Source: Betaproteobacteria bacterium
Lineage (GTDB): Bacteria; Pseudomonadota; Gammaproteobacteria; Burkholderiales; Casimicrobiaceae
Direction: 5' to 3'
NCBI GenBank assembly: GCA_003153475.1
Contig: PLYT01000045.1
Span: 16,126-80,125 of the forward strand
Length of the DNA: 64,000 nucleotides
Position 1 is the first letter of the stretch; the number at the start of each line of letters is the position of its first letter. Of this stretch, positions 50,046-58,878 are shown piece after piece. A program made the translations under genes and the position numbers. The notes under the pieces were generated by a model. That model had not been told where the DNA came from. It saw only the letters and a list, made by a program, of their open reading frames with translations, and did no database searches.

Positions 50046-51035
50046 CTAGTGCGAGCCCGACGCGCCTGCCGGTCGCACGCTCCGCTTGCGCGTTTCGGCC
50101 CACTGCCAGGCAATCAATCCAGGGAAGAAAATGATGACATCGCGTAGCCGCCGCGCCGTTGCCAGCGCCAGCGCGGTCGCAGCGTCGATGCCGAGCGCGG
50201 TGCCGATCAGGATGAACCCCCCCTCTTGCACGCCAAGTGCTCCGGGCACGATGAACGCCGCGCTGGCGACTGCCTGGATCAAGGCCTCGATCACGACCGC
50301 ATCGACCACGCTGTGCGGGTGTCCCAGAAAGTTGAGGGCGAGATAGATCTCGCCGGCTCCGAGCACCCAGCCGGTGAGCTGCCATGCAAGGCACGCGGCG
50401 ACGTCGCCGCGACGCACGTACACGGCGCGGAGGGCCCGATCGAGGCGCAACGACTGCGCATGTACAAGGCCCAACCTGCCCGCGAACAGCCGGTCCAGAA
50501 CGCGCGTGGCGGCACCGAGCGCGCCTGCTCGTTGCGCCAGCACGAATCCCGCGCCGAGCGATATCATGCCGACGACGCCCGCGAGCAGCCGAGTGGCGGG
50601 GGTCGATGCGTGGCCGACGGCGAAGAGCAGCGCCACGCCGAGCAACGCGAAGCTGGCCTGGCTCAGGACCGACAATGCCATGTCCGCCACCAGGCTTGCC
50701 GCTGTGTCGCTGCGGCGGGGGATATGGCGCCGGACGATGCGGTACGCGACGATCTCACCGCCGATGCGCGCTACGGGCAGCAAGCCATTGACCGATTCGC
50801 GCACCCACGTCGCCCAGGTCAGGACGCGCAGCCCCGGGCGCTGCAACTCCGGCAAGAGGCGCCGCCACGCTTGGGCGTTAGCGATCATCGGCAGGACGTG
50901 GAAGAGCGCCGCGAGCACCAATCCCGGACCCGCCGCAACGACGAGGGCGACGATACCGCCGACATCTTCATTGGCGAATAGCGTGACCGCCAATGCGAGA
51001 CCGGCGGCCGCCAGCATCGCCCCGACGTATTTCAT
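50046..51035 (-). CDS. hpnL: hopanoid biosynthesis-associated membrane protein HpnL (lysyl-PG-synthase-TM/flippase-like)
   Basis: 329-aa polytopic membrane protein. The ATG overlaps the hpnK stop (ATGA). It lies downstream of hpnIJK, as in described clusters. Confidence 0.75.
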   Translation of the reverse strand: MKYVGAMLAAAGLALAVTLFANEDVGGIVALVVAAGPGLVLAALFHVLPMIANAQAWRRLLPELQRPGLRVLTWATWVRESVNGLLPVARIGGEIVAYRIVRRHIPRRSDTAASLVADMALSVLSQASFALLGVALLFAVGHASTPATRLLAGVVGMISLGAGFVLAQRAGALGAATRVLDRLFAGRLGLVHAQSLRLDRALRAVYVRRGDVAACLAWQLTGWVLGAGEIYLALNFLGHPHSVVDAVVIEALIQAVASAAFIVPGALGVQEGGFILIGTALGIDAATALALATARRLRDVIIFFPGLIAWQWAETRKRSVRPAGASGSH

Positions 51036-51877
51036 GCAGCTGCGAAGTCCAGGAACCCCCCAGCTTTTGCCCCTGTGGCTTGCAAAAGCTCTTTGATGTC
51101 GGGGGCCGTCAGTGCCGCCAACTCCTCACGATAATGGCAACCGCTCGCCGCGCCGGCGAAGCTGTCGGCAGTCGCGGGGTGAGCGTAAATTTCGGTGAGA
51201 CCGTCCGGGAGGTTTTGCAATATACCGCCGATTCGCTGCGACGTCATGGCGCCAGACCATGTGAGGCCGAACACGCGGTCGGGCGCCATAACGCCGTGCC
51301 GACGCAGGCGTCGCCTGAGCAAAGCCGCCCATGACGCCGCAACCCATTTGTCGTGCCCGCTGCCGGGGGACTCGATGCGAGCCAGGATACCGGGAGGTTC
51401 CCAGGGCACACGCACCGCGCGCATGCCGTAGCGCTTGCCGATGTCCAGCATCTGAGCGCAGACGGTGGGATGCAAATGATAGTGATGGTGAGCGTTGACG
51501 TGATCCAGCACCAGACCGGTCGCTCGATAAGCCCGAAACTGAGCGTCGATTTCGGCTGCAAGCTGCTTGCGCACGCTCGGGCGGGAGAATATCGCGACGC
51601 CCATCCTCACCAAGTCGCTGCGCAATCGCCCTTGGGCGTCGACCAGATCCGGTATGCGCTCGGGAGGCAGCACCGACGGGCCATCGACGAGCACCAGGTG
51701 CAGACCCACGCGAAGTGACGGCAGACGGCGCGCGCGGGCGATCGCGTCGCGCGCCGCGATACCGCCCACCATCAAGCTTGCCGCCGTCACGATGCCATTC
51801 ACGTGCGCGAGCTCGACGCCTTCATTGACCTCCGGTGCTACGCCGAAATCGTCGGCCGTGACGATTAGCGCCTTCAG
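51032..51877 (-). CDS. hpnK: hopanoid biosynthesis protein HpnK (YdjC/ChbG-family deacetylase), with a proposed CTG start
   Basis: The family-defining N-terminus L-KALIVTADDFGVAPEVNEGVELAHVNGIVTAASLMV lies upstream of the first ATG/GTG/TTG, which is the GTG at 51802. The only start-like codon is the CTG at 51877, which overlaps the hpnJ stop (CTGA). Confidence 0.75.
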   Translation of the reverse strand: MKALIVTADDFGVAPEVNEGVELAHVNGIVTAASLMVGGIAARDAIARARRLPSLRVGLHLVLVDGPSVLPPERIPDLVDAQGRLRSDLVRMGVAIFSRPSVRKQLAAEIDAQFRAYRATGLVLDHVNAHHHYHLHPTVCAQMLDIGKRYGMRAVRVPWEPPGILARIESPGSGHDKWVAASWAALLRRRLRRHGVMAPDRVFGLTWSGAMTSQRIGGILQNLPDGLTEIYAHPATADSFAGAASGCHYREELAALTAPDIKELLQATGAKAGGFLDFAAA

Positions 51878-53304
51878 TGCGCAGACTCTCGCCGCTCGCG
51901 CAGGAAGTGAAAGAACTCGACGCCCTCGCGCAGTCGGCGCTTCATCATTTCCGGACTTCTCACCATCTCGCTGACGATGGAGGCAATCTTGCCGCTGCGG
52001 AAATAGAAGCGCCGGTAGAACGTCTCCACGGCATCGAAGATCTCGGTGTGGCTCAGATGCGGGTAGTGCAAGGGAGCGATCTGCAGACCGTGCACATCGA
52101 CCAGCTCGGCACGGGCGCTGTCGAGCCAGCCGTTTTCCAGCGCCTGGCGGTAGAGGTACGTGCCGGGATAAGGCGCGGCCAGCGACACCTGGATCGTGTG
52201 CGGATTGATCTCGGTGGCGAACCGTATCGTCTCCTCGATTGTCTCCTTCGTCTCGCCGGGCAGGCCGAGGATGAACGTGCCATGGATGGTAATGCCAAGC
52301 TCATGACAGTCCTTGGTGAAGCGGCGGGCGAACTCGATACGCATGCCCTTCTTGATGTTGTACAGGATCTGCTGGTTTCCCGTTTCGTAACCAACGAGCA
52401 GCAAACGCAGTCCGTTATCGCGCAACACCCTGAGCGTCTCGCGCGGCACGTTCGCTTTGGCGTTGCATGACCATGTGACGCCAAGCTTCCCCAGCTCCCT
52501 GGCGATCGCCTCGGCGCGAGGCAGGTTATCCGTAAACGTGTCGTCGTCGAAAAAGAACTCTTTCACCTGCGGAAAAGCCTTTTGCGCCCACGCGATTTCC
52601 TCGACGACGTGGCCGACGCTGCGCGTGCGGTAGCGGTGACCACCCACTGTCTGCGGCCACAGGCAGAATGTGCAGCGCGATTTGCAGCCCCGTCCGGTGT
52701 ACAGCGAGATATAAGGATGCTTGAGATAACCGATGAAGTAGTTTTCGATCTTGACGTCACGCTTGTAGACCGGTGTCACGAAAGGGAGCGCATCCATGTT
52801 CTCCAGGACGGGACGCGCCTCGTTGTGCACGATGCGGTCTGCGGCGTTGCGGTAGGACAGGCCCGCGATCCTGTCCCACGCACGTCCCTCGGCAAGTTCC
52901 TTGATGGTGAAGTCGAACTCGTTGCCGGCGACGAAATCGACAGCCCTTGACGCGCTCAGACTTCCCGCCGGGTCGACGGCGACCTTCGCACCGATGAAGC
53001 CCGCCTTGAGGTCTGGATTGACCGACTTCATGGCCTCGATCGCCTTGATGTCCGACGCAAAGGAGGGGGCGGATGTGTGCAGGACAGCCAAATCGAAGTC
53101 GCGCGCGGTTAGCGCGATATCAGCAAGCTTGAGGCCGTGCGGCGGTGCATCGATGAGCTTGCTGCCCTCGACCAACGCCGCAGGTTGAGCCAGCCAGGTC
53201 GGATACCAGAACGAACGGATCTCGCGGCGCGCCTGGTAACGCGAACCCGCACCTCCGTCGAATCCATCGAAAGACGGCGCTTGGAGAAAAAGCGTACGCA
53301 TCAT
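51874..53304 (-). CDS. hpnJ: hopanoid biosynthesis radical SAM protein HpnJ (B12-binding domain)
   Basis: MMRTLFLQAPSFDGFDGGAGSRYQA...YTGRGCKSRCTFCLWPQ (CxxxCxxC). The ATG overlaps the hpnI stop (ATGA). Confidence 0.9.
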   Translation of the reverse strand: MMRTLFLQAPSFDGFDGGAGSRYQARREIRSFWYPTWLAQPAALVEGSKLIDAPPHGLKLADIALTARDFDLAVLHTSAPSFASDIKAIEAMKSVNPDLKAGFIGAKVAVDPAGSLSASRAVDFVAGNEFDFTIKELAEGRAWDRIAGLSYRNAADRIVHNEARPVLENMDALPFVTPVYKRDVKIENYFIGYLKHPYISLYTGRGCKSRCTFCLWPQTVGGHRYRTRSVGHVVEEIAWAQKAFPQVKEFFFDDDTFTDNLPRAEAIARELGKLGVTWSCNAKANVPRETLRVLRDNGLRLLLVGYETGNQQILYNIKKGMRIEFARRFTKDCHELGITIHGTFILGLPGETKETIEETIRFATEINPHTIQVSLAAPYPGTYLYRQALENGWLDSARAELVDVHGLQIAPLHYPHLSHTEIFDAVETFYRRFYFRSGKIASIVSEMVRSPEMMKRRLREGVEFFHFLRERRESAH

Positions 53305-54488
53305 GCCTTCGGCTCTCGGATCATAGCGAAGGTTCCATCGGCACGTACTCGGTAGCGTCGCCCGGACCAGCTGACGACGTCGACAAAGAAGCTCGCAACA
53401 TATACGCCGAACGCCAGCAAATCGCGCGCCGGCCCGAGCCACCAGCGGATGGGAGTCATTTGCAGAGTATGGTCAACTTGCAACTGCAGGACAAGCCGGC
53501 AGCCGATTGCTACGCCAACCATTGCCGTGCCGAGGATACCAAACCCGCCTAACGCTGCGCCAAGAACTGCAAAGGGTAGCGGATGAGTGGCTACCAAGCC
53601 CAGATATCCCGGCGGATTCACGGCCCGTACGGTTCGCGCCCAGCGCAGCTCGTGACGCAGCAACCCGGCGGCGCTTTGATCCGAACAAGCGTGGGCAAGG
53701 ACGATCGAAGGGACCGCAACTTTCATGCCGGTGGCCCGCACGGCTTTGCCGATCGCGTTGTCGTCGGCGATGTAGTCGAGAAACGCGTCGAATCCGCCAA
53801 TGGATTGGAGGGTCTCGCGGCGGAGCGCGATCGTCGAGCCAAAACATGGCCGCGCCAGGCCAAGCTTAAGCCCAACGAGGACACTGGGCAGGAAATGGTA
53901 GTTGATGCCCATGCTGGCGAGACGCGCCCACAAGCCGCCCCGTTGCACGCCGCGGTAGAGGCACGTGACGGCGCCGACGTTGGGCCGGCCTAGTGCAGCA
54001 ACTGTCTGACACAGATAGTCCCGCGCTACCGCAATATCGGCGTCCGCGAAAATCACCACGTCGTGCTGAATATGGCGCTGCAACCCAACCAGGTTCGCAA
54101 CCTTGGGGTTCGGGCCGCCTGTCGGTGCGTGTTGTAAAATCAGCTCGAGGTTCCGTCCGGGGTGTTCGGCGATCAATCGGTTCACGACAGCGACGGCGGC
54201 ATCCGCAGCATCCTGCAATCCGAAGAGTATTTGCACCGGGCCGGGATAGCTCTGGTCGCAAAACGATGCGAGGTCGTCATACAGACCAGGGCTGACACCG
54301 CGCAGCGGCTTGAGGATGGTGACGCCGGGGAAGGTTGCAGGAGGCGGAGCGTTTTCTCCGACGAATCGGTGGACGACCACGGCGGCGCCCAGGGCGTAGA
54401 CGCAGCCGGCCAGCGCCAGCACGAAACAGGCGATACCGAGCCAGGCGGCGTAGTTTTCTCCCATCAGGGTGCAGCGTTGGTCATCCAC
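53301..54488 (-). CDS. hpnI: hopanoid biosynthesis glycosyltransferase HpnI (GT2, ceramide-glucosyltransferase-like)
   Basis: VTILKPLRGV...NPKVANL...IFADADI...RWARTVR. The start is at 54488 or at the ATG at 54464. Confidence 0.85.
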   Translation of the reverse strand: MDDQRCTLMGENYAAWLGIACFVLALAGCVYALGAAVVVHRFVGENAPPPATFPGVTILKPLRGVSPGLYDDLASFCDQSYPGPVQILFGLQDAADAAVAVVNRLIAEHPGRNLELILQHAPTGGPNPKVANLVGLQRHIQHDVVIFADADIAVARDYLCQTVAALGRPNVGAVTCLYRGVQRGGLWARLASMGINYHFLPSVLVGLKLGLARPCFGSTIALRRETLQSIGGFDAFLDYIADDNAIGKAVRATGMKVAVPSIVLAHACSDQSAAGLLRHELRWARTVRAVNPPGYLGLVATHPLPFAVLGAALGGFGILGTAMVGVAIGCRLVLQLQVDHTLQMTPIRWWLGPARDLLAFGVYVASFFVDVVSWSGRRYRVRADGTFAMIREPKA

Positions 54489-54625
54489 TTCCTCTTCTAC
54501 GTTGCAACGCGTTTCGCTGTTGCCGCTGGCGTCCGGTGCGGCCGAGTCGCGTTGCGGCTTGAGTCTGCCACAATCCGCCCGGCCGCCGGCACGACGTTCC
54601 GGCCGCAGCGACGGGGCAACATCAG

Positions 54626-55405
54626 ATGAGAGGGTCGTACTTCATTGGCGGCGGCAGACTCATCGCCTTGGCTTCTTGCGTGGCCCTCGCCGGTTGTGCC
54701 GCCATACCTGGCGGCGACCGCCGATCGTCCGATGACCCTCTCGAGCGCGTAAACCGGCTCGTGCTCGATACCAACACCAGTCTGGATAACGCGTTCATCA
54801 AGCCGATCGCCGAAATCTATCGCCAGACCATCCCGCTGTTCGTGCGCGACCGCATCCGGTCGGCAATCGACAATCTGACCGAACCCAGGATTTTAGTTAA
54901 TGACCTGCTGCAGGGGCGCGCTGACGCTGCGGGGATAACATTCAACCGTTTTTTCCTCAATACCATAGTCGGCGTTGCCGGCATGTTCGATTTTGCGACC
55001 CCAAGAGGCCTTCCGAAACAGTCGGGCGACTTCGGGCAGACGCTCTATGTCTGGGGCATATCCGATGGACCTTATCTGGTATTGCTGTTCTTCGGTCCAT
55101 CGAACTTTCGCGATGCGCTTGGCCTGGGCGTCGACCTATTCACGACACCGCCCGCTCTCATCGTGACGGGTCACGCGGGACTCGTCGCAGGCCTCGCGGT
55201 CGGTACGGCGGACGGAATCGACCTGAGGTCCCGGAATATCGAGACCCTCGATGAAATCATCGCAAGCGCGCTGGACTATTACTCTCACTTGAAAAGCATC
55301 ACACGGCAGAGACGTCAGGCCGAGCTCCTAGAGGCACGTGGACTCGCGGCAGAGCCGCAGGAATTTGTCGATCCGGGACCAACCGAACCACGGCCGCAAA
55401 AGTAG
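54626..55405 (+). CDS. MlaA/VacJ-family outer-membrane lipoprotein (hopanoid-cluster copy)
   Basis: Lipobox VALAGCAA, DDPLERVNRLVLDTNTSLDNAFIKPIAEIY, NLTEPRILVNDLLQG, FNRFFLNTIVGVAGMFDFA and DFGQTL..WG. Full length. Confidence 0.85.
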   Translation: MRGSYFIGGGRLIALASCVALAGCAAIPGGDRRSSDDPLERVNRLVLDTNTSLDNAFIKPIAEIYRQTIPLFVRDRIRSAIDNLTEPRILVNDLLQGRADAAGITFNRFFLNTIVGVAGMFDFATPRGLPKQSGDFGQTLYVWGISDGPYLVLLFFGPSNFRDALGLGVDLFTTPPALIVTGHAGLVAGLAVGTADGIDLRSRNIETLDEIIASALDYYSHLKSITRQRRQAELLEARGLAAEPQEFVDPGPTEPRPQK

Positions 55406-55463
55406 CGGCGGCAACGGCGCGGTGAAGCGCATCGCGGGCGATCAGACCGGCGCGCTTCGCGCG

Positions 55464-56111
55464 TCAGTGAGGGCGCGCACCGTTCTTCGATCCAGAAGAG
55501 TTCTGCAGCTTGTCGGTCTTCCGCCGAAGACTCTCGATCAGCGCGTTCGGGCCGCCGGACCTTAGGATCGCACTGAACTCGGAACGCTTGGTCGCGAGCT
55601 CGCTGATCGTGCCCGTGAGATAGACATCGACGACCTTCCAGTTCTCGCCTGAACCTCGTAGAAGATAATTGAGCGTAATCGGCTCCCCGCTCGACTGGAG
55701 CAGCGTCGTACGCACGATACGCCCTGTGTTGCGTATTTCGGCGGTCGGCTCTACTTCGAAGCGTTCGCCGGAGTACCCATCGAAGCGAGCGGCGTAGGTC
55801 GCAATCGTTAAGCGCGCGAAGCCGTCGACCAAGTCGGCCTGCTGCTCGATCGAAATCGAATTCCAGTCAGGCCCGACTGCGATACGGGTCATTGCCGCGA
55901 GATCGAAGGTCGTGCGAATAGCCGGAGCCAGTTTGTCGTAGCGGCCGTGGATGCCGAGCTTATCGGCTTGCTGCATTACTGTCAGAAGCGTATCGTAAAA
56001 CGCGCGGATTCGGGTGACAGCAGGGTCAGCCCCTTCGGTCTGTGCCGAAGCTGGCAGTGCGGACGCACCAAGCAAGGTCGCGAATGCCAGCAATACGCGG
56101 CGGCGCGTCAC
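55464..56111 (-). CDS. hpnM: hopanoid-associated periplasmic MlaC/Ttg2D-family protein HpnM
   Basis: The GTG at 56111 gives M-TRRRVLLAFATLLGASALPASAQ, a signal peptide with a twin-Arg-like tract. Then RIRAFYDTLL...FDLAAMTRIAVGPDW...WKVVDVYL..TISELATKRSEF. The rest of the 457-aa track ORF is an artefact. Confidence 0.8.
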   Translation of the reverse strand: MTRRRVLLAFATLLGASALPASAQTEGADPAVTRIRAFYDTLLTVMQQADKLGIHGRYDKLAPAIRTTFDLAAMTRIAVGPDWNSISIEQQADLVDGFARLTIATYAARFDGYSGERFEVEPTAEIRNTGRIVRTTLLQSSGEPITLNYLLRGSGENWKVVDVYLTGTISELATKRSEFSAILRSGGPNALIESLRRKTDKLQNSSGSKNGARPH

Positions 56112-56143
56112 AGGCACAAGGCGCTGTTCATCGCTTCGCCGAA

Positions 56144-57460
56144 TCACGATGGCGGCAAGTTGACGATGCTGCTCGCCCTGATCGGGATCGATTTCCTCTC
56201 GGGTTTGAGATGCGCCGCCGGGGGCTCGCCCCCATAGGTCGCGCGGACATAGTCGGAGACGATCTGGTGAAACTCCTCTGCGATGTGTTCGCCTTTGAGC
56301 GTCACCGTCTTTTCGCCATCGACATATACCGGGGCGACCGGTACCTCCCCGGTTCCGGGCAAGCTGATGCCGACGTTGGCCATCTTGGACTCTCCCGGGC
56401 CATTGACGACACATCCCATGACCGCGACGTTCATCGTTTCGACGCCCGGATAGCATGAGCGCCACAGGGGCATTTGCGTGCGGAGATACGCCTGGATCTT
56501 GTCGGCGAGCTCCAGAAAAAAGGGGCTTGTTGTGCGCCCGCAGCCGGGGCATGCGGTGACCTGCGGTGCGAACGAGCGCAGCCCCATAGTCTGCAGGATT
56601 TCCTGGGCGACCTGTACTTCGCTTGTGCGGTGCCCGCGATTCGACTCGGGCCTCAGCGAGACGCGAATCGTGTCGCCGATCCCTCGTTGCAACAGCACCG
56701 CGATCGCGGCAGTCGAGGCGACAATACCTTCCGAGCCGAGGCCGCCCTCGGTCAAGCCTAGATGCAGCGGGTAATCGCACCGGCGCGCAAGCTCGCAATA
56801 AATGGCGATCAGGGCCTGAACGTCCGGCACCTTGCAAGCGAGGACGATGCGGTCGCCCGGCAAGCCAATCTCCTCGGCTCGCTCCGCGCTGCCGATCGCT
56901 GAGGCGATAAGCGCCTCGCGCATCACTTGCGCTGCGTCCAGCGGATCGGCCGCCTTTGCGTTACCGTCCATGAATTGTGCGAGAAGTTCCCGGTCGAAGC
57001 CGCGCGAGTTGACACCGATGCGCACGGATTTGCCGTATTCGATGGCTTTCTCGATCATCATGACGAATTGTGGATCGTCCTTGCGACCTTTACCGACATT
57101 GCCGGGATTGATCCGATATTTCGCCAGAGCGCGAGCACACTCGGGATAATTGGTAAGGAGTTTGTGGCCATCTGAATCGAAGTCGCCAATCAGTGGCACG
57201 GTGCAGCCCAGCGCACCGAGCTGCTCCTGGATGGCCGGGATCGCCCTCGCGGCGTTGGCGTCGTTGACGCTGATACGTACGAGCTCGGAACCCGCGTCCG
57301 CGAGCGCCTTCACTTGGGCGACGGTCGCGGCGATGTCGGCTGTGTCGGTGTCAGTCACGGATTGCACGACGATCGGCGCACCGCCGCCGATCGCCACGCC
57401 GCCAACAAGCACCTGTCGCGCGCGTCGGCGGGTGATGCTCGAGTTATTGGTGGCAGTCAT
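56144..57460 (-). CDS. ispG: 4-hydroxy-3-methylbut-2-en-1-yl diphosphate synthase (cluster-linked, divergent IspG/GcpE copy)
   Basis: [47 protein letters not shown] and [10 protein letters not shown]. Colinear with beta-type IspG over its whole length. Confidence 0.88.
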   Translation of the reverse strand: MTATNNSSITRRRARQVLVGGVAIGGGAPIVVQSVTDTDTADIAATVAQVKALADAGSELVRISVNDANAARAIPAIQEQLGALGCTVPLIGDFDSDGHKLLTNYPECARALAKYRINPGNVGKGRKDDPQFVMMIEKAIEYGKSVRIGVNSRGFDRELLAQFMDGNAKAADPLDAAQVMREALIASAIGSAERAEEIGLPGDRIVLACKVPDVQALIAIYCELARRCDYPLHLGLTEGGLGSEGIVASTAAIAVLLQRGIGDTIRVSLRPESNRGHRTSEVQVAQEILQTMGLRSFAPQVTACPGCGRTTSPFFLELADKIQAYLRTQMPLWRSCYPGVETMNVAVMGCVVNGPGESKMANVGISLPGTGEVPVAPVYVDGEKTVTLKGEHIAEEFHQIVSDYVRATYGGEPPAAHLKPERKSIPIRASSIVNLPPS

Positions 57461-57633
57461 TTGAGGTGCATGGGCGGCGACTGCCGCGGATCAGATAAAC
57501 CCCGCGGTATTCGATAGCCGACCCCGAGGGCTGCCTACCGCGGGTAGTAATTGGCGTCTGGCGGCGGAGCGTAATAGCTGGATCGTGAAGGGTAATAATC
57601 CCAAGGTACATCGGCGCGGTGGATAGTACGATC

Positions 57634-57969
57634 TCATTGCAGGAGGCGCGTAATACGCCATCGCGATGGAGCAGTTCCGGCCACGCTAACACGCGCGATA
57701 AGTAAACTCAACCGTGCCATTTCATTTTTGGTATGCCCGACCCGTATCGCGGCCGCAAACGCATGAAGTAACGTTGACAGCCGCCGGTCATCGGCACCCG
57801 CCGACGCCCGGTACCTTCTCCGCCCGCGCACCTCCATCACCGGGTCGACTGGCCCAGCGCCGCTATACGGGCCTAACCGGGACGGGCCCAAATCTCTTTC
57901 AGCTTCAGCGGCGGCTTCTGGCCGAGCAGTTTGCCTTTGTTCCATGGGATTGCGCGCCCCGGTATGCAT
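57634..57969 (-). pseudogene. tyrosine recombinase/integrase remnant (frameshifted, internally deleted)
   Basis: AGGAG-N6-ATG, then MHTGARN. A shifted frame gives PWNKGKLLGQKPPLKLKEIWA, an N-terminal motif I recall for a small integrase family. The original frame returns for ...GHTKNEMARL, compared with the C-terminal LLGHTK.EST. Total span is only 336 nt. Confidence 0.45.
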
Positions 57970-58108
57970 GAATGGCTCCTCGTTTTGAGGGAAAGGAGCC
58001 TCATATTGATCGCGGCCGACGGGCGATTGTCGACCCAAAGCGGACCTTAGCAAGTGCACAATGCGAGGCCTTGTTTGCCTCCTTTCCGCGATCGTGGCAT
58101 TGCGTGCG

Positions 58109-58231
58109 TCACTGGACGCGTGACTCGTACCGTTCTAGGGTCCTGCCCGATCGATTTCTTATAACTCCTGCACCAGCCATCGCCAGCAGCAGCCCCAACA
58201 GGGACAGCGCCCAACGCCCCAGCGCTGGGAT
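58109..58231 (-). pseudogene. orphan IPTL-CTERM sorting-signal remnant (C-terminal 40 codons of a lost secreted protein)
   Basis: IPALGRWALSLLGLLLAMAGAGVIRNRS... fits IPTL-CTERM (IPTL motif, hydrophobic helix, basic tail). The sequence upstream of it is replaced by the IS3 fragment on the other strand. Confidence 0.5.
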
Positions 58232-58237
58232 TGGGGG

Positions 58238-58830
58238 CGGCTGCTGCGGCGGGAAGGAGTCAGCGTGAATCACAAGCGCGTCTGGCGTCTGTATCGCGAA
58301 ACCGGGCTTGCGGTGCGCCGGCGCCGCCGCGGGGTGGACGTTGAGCGTGAGCCGCTGGCGCTGCCGACGGCACCAAACCAGGTGTGGTCGATGGACTTCG
58401 TGATGGACGCGCTGAGTAACAGCCGCCGGGTCAAGTGCCTGACGATCGTCGATGACTTCACCAAGGAAGCGGCCGATATCGTGCCCGATCACAGCATCCC
58501 AGCCTGTATGTGACGCGGGTGCTCGACCAAGCGACGCGGCCCCGGGGGCTGCCCGCGGCTATTCGCACCGACCAGGGACCGGAGTTCACCGGCCACGCGC
58601 TCGACCAGTGGGCGTATCGCAACGGAGTGCAGCTAAAGCTGATCGCGCCAGGGAGCCCGACGCGGACACCTTCATCGAGAGCTTTAACGGAAAGTTTCGA
58701 GATGAGTGCTTGAACGACCATTAGTTCGAAACCCTGCCCGCCCCCCGCGCCATCATCACGGCGTGGCGGCGCGACTACAACGGCTACGGGAAGTGCACCA
58801 CCACAAGTGGGGGGTAAATCCCCAGGCCAC
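58238..58830 (+). mobile_element. IS3-family (IS407-like) transposase OrfB fragment, frameshifted; no OrfA or terminal repeats seen
   Basis: Spread over three frames: RLLRREGVSVNHKRVWRLYRETGLAVRRRR...PNQVWSMDFVMDALSNSRRVKCLTIVDDFTKE / RVLDQA...PAAIRTDQGPEFTGHALDQWAYRNGVQLKLI.PG.PT / FIESFNGKFRDECLN.H.FE...A..IITAWRRDYN. Confidence 0.75.
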
Positions 58831-58878
58831 CGCCAACAAACCAAACACGCGGCGTGAGGTCGACCGTTTGTTGTCCGC

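Noticed and set aside
57501-57535. GGTATTCGATAGCCGACCCC, which resembles the T-arm/acceptor part of the tRNA-Cys fragment at 62.6 kb; a possible second att copy
   Set aside because: The similarity is short and gapped, the orientation is inverted relative to the 62.6-kb fragment, and no anticodon-arm similarity accompanies it.
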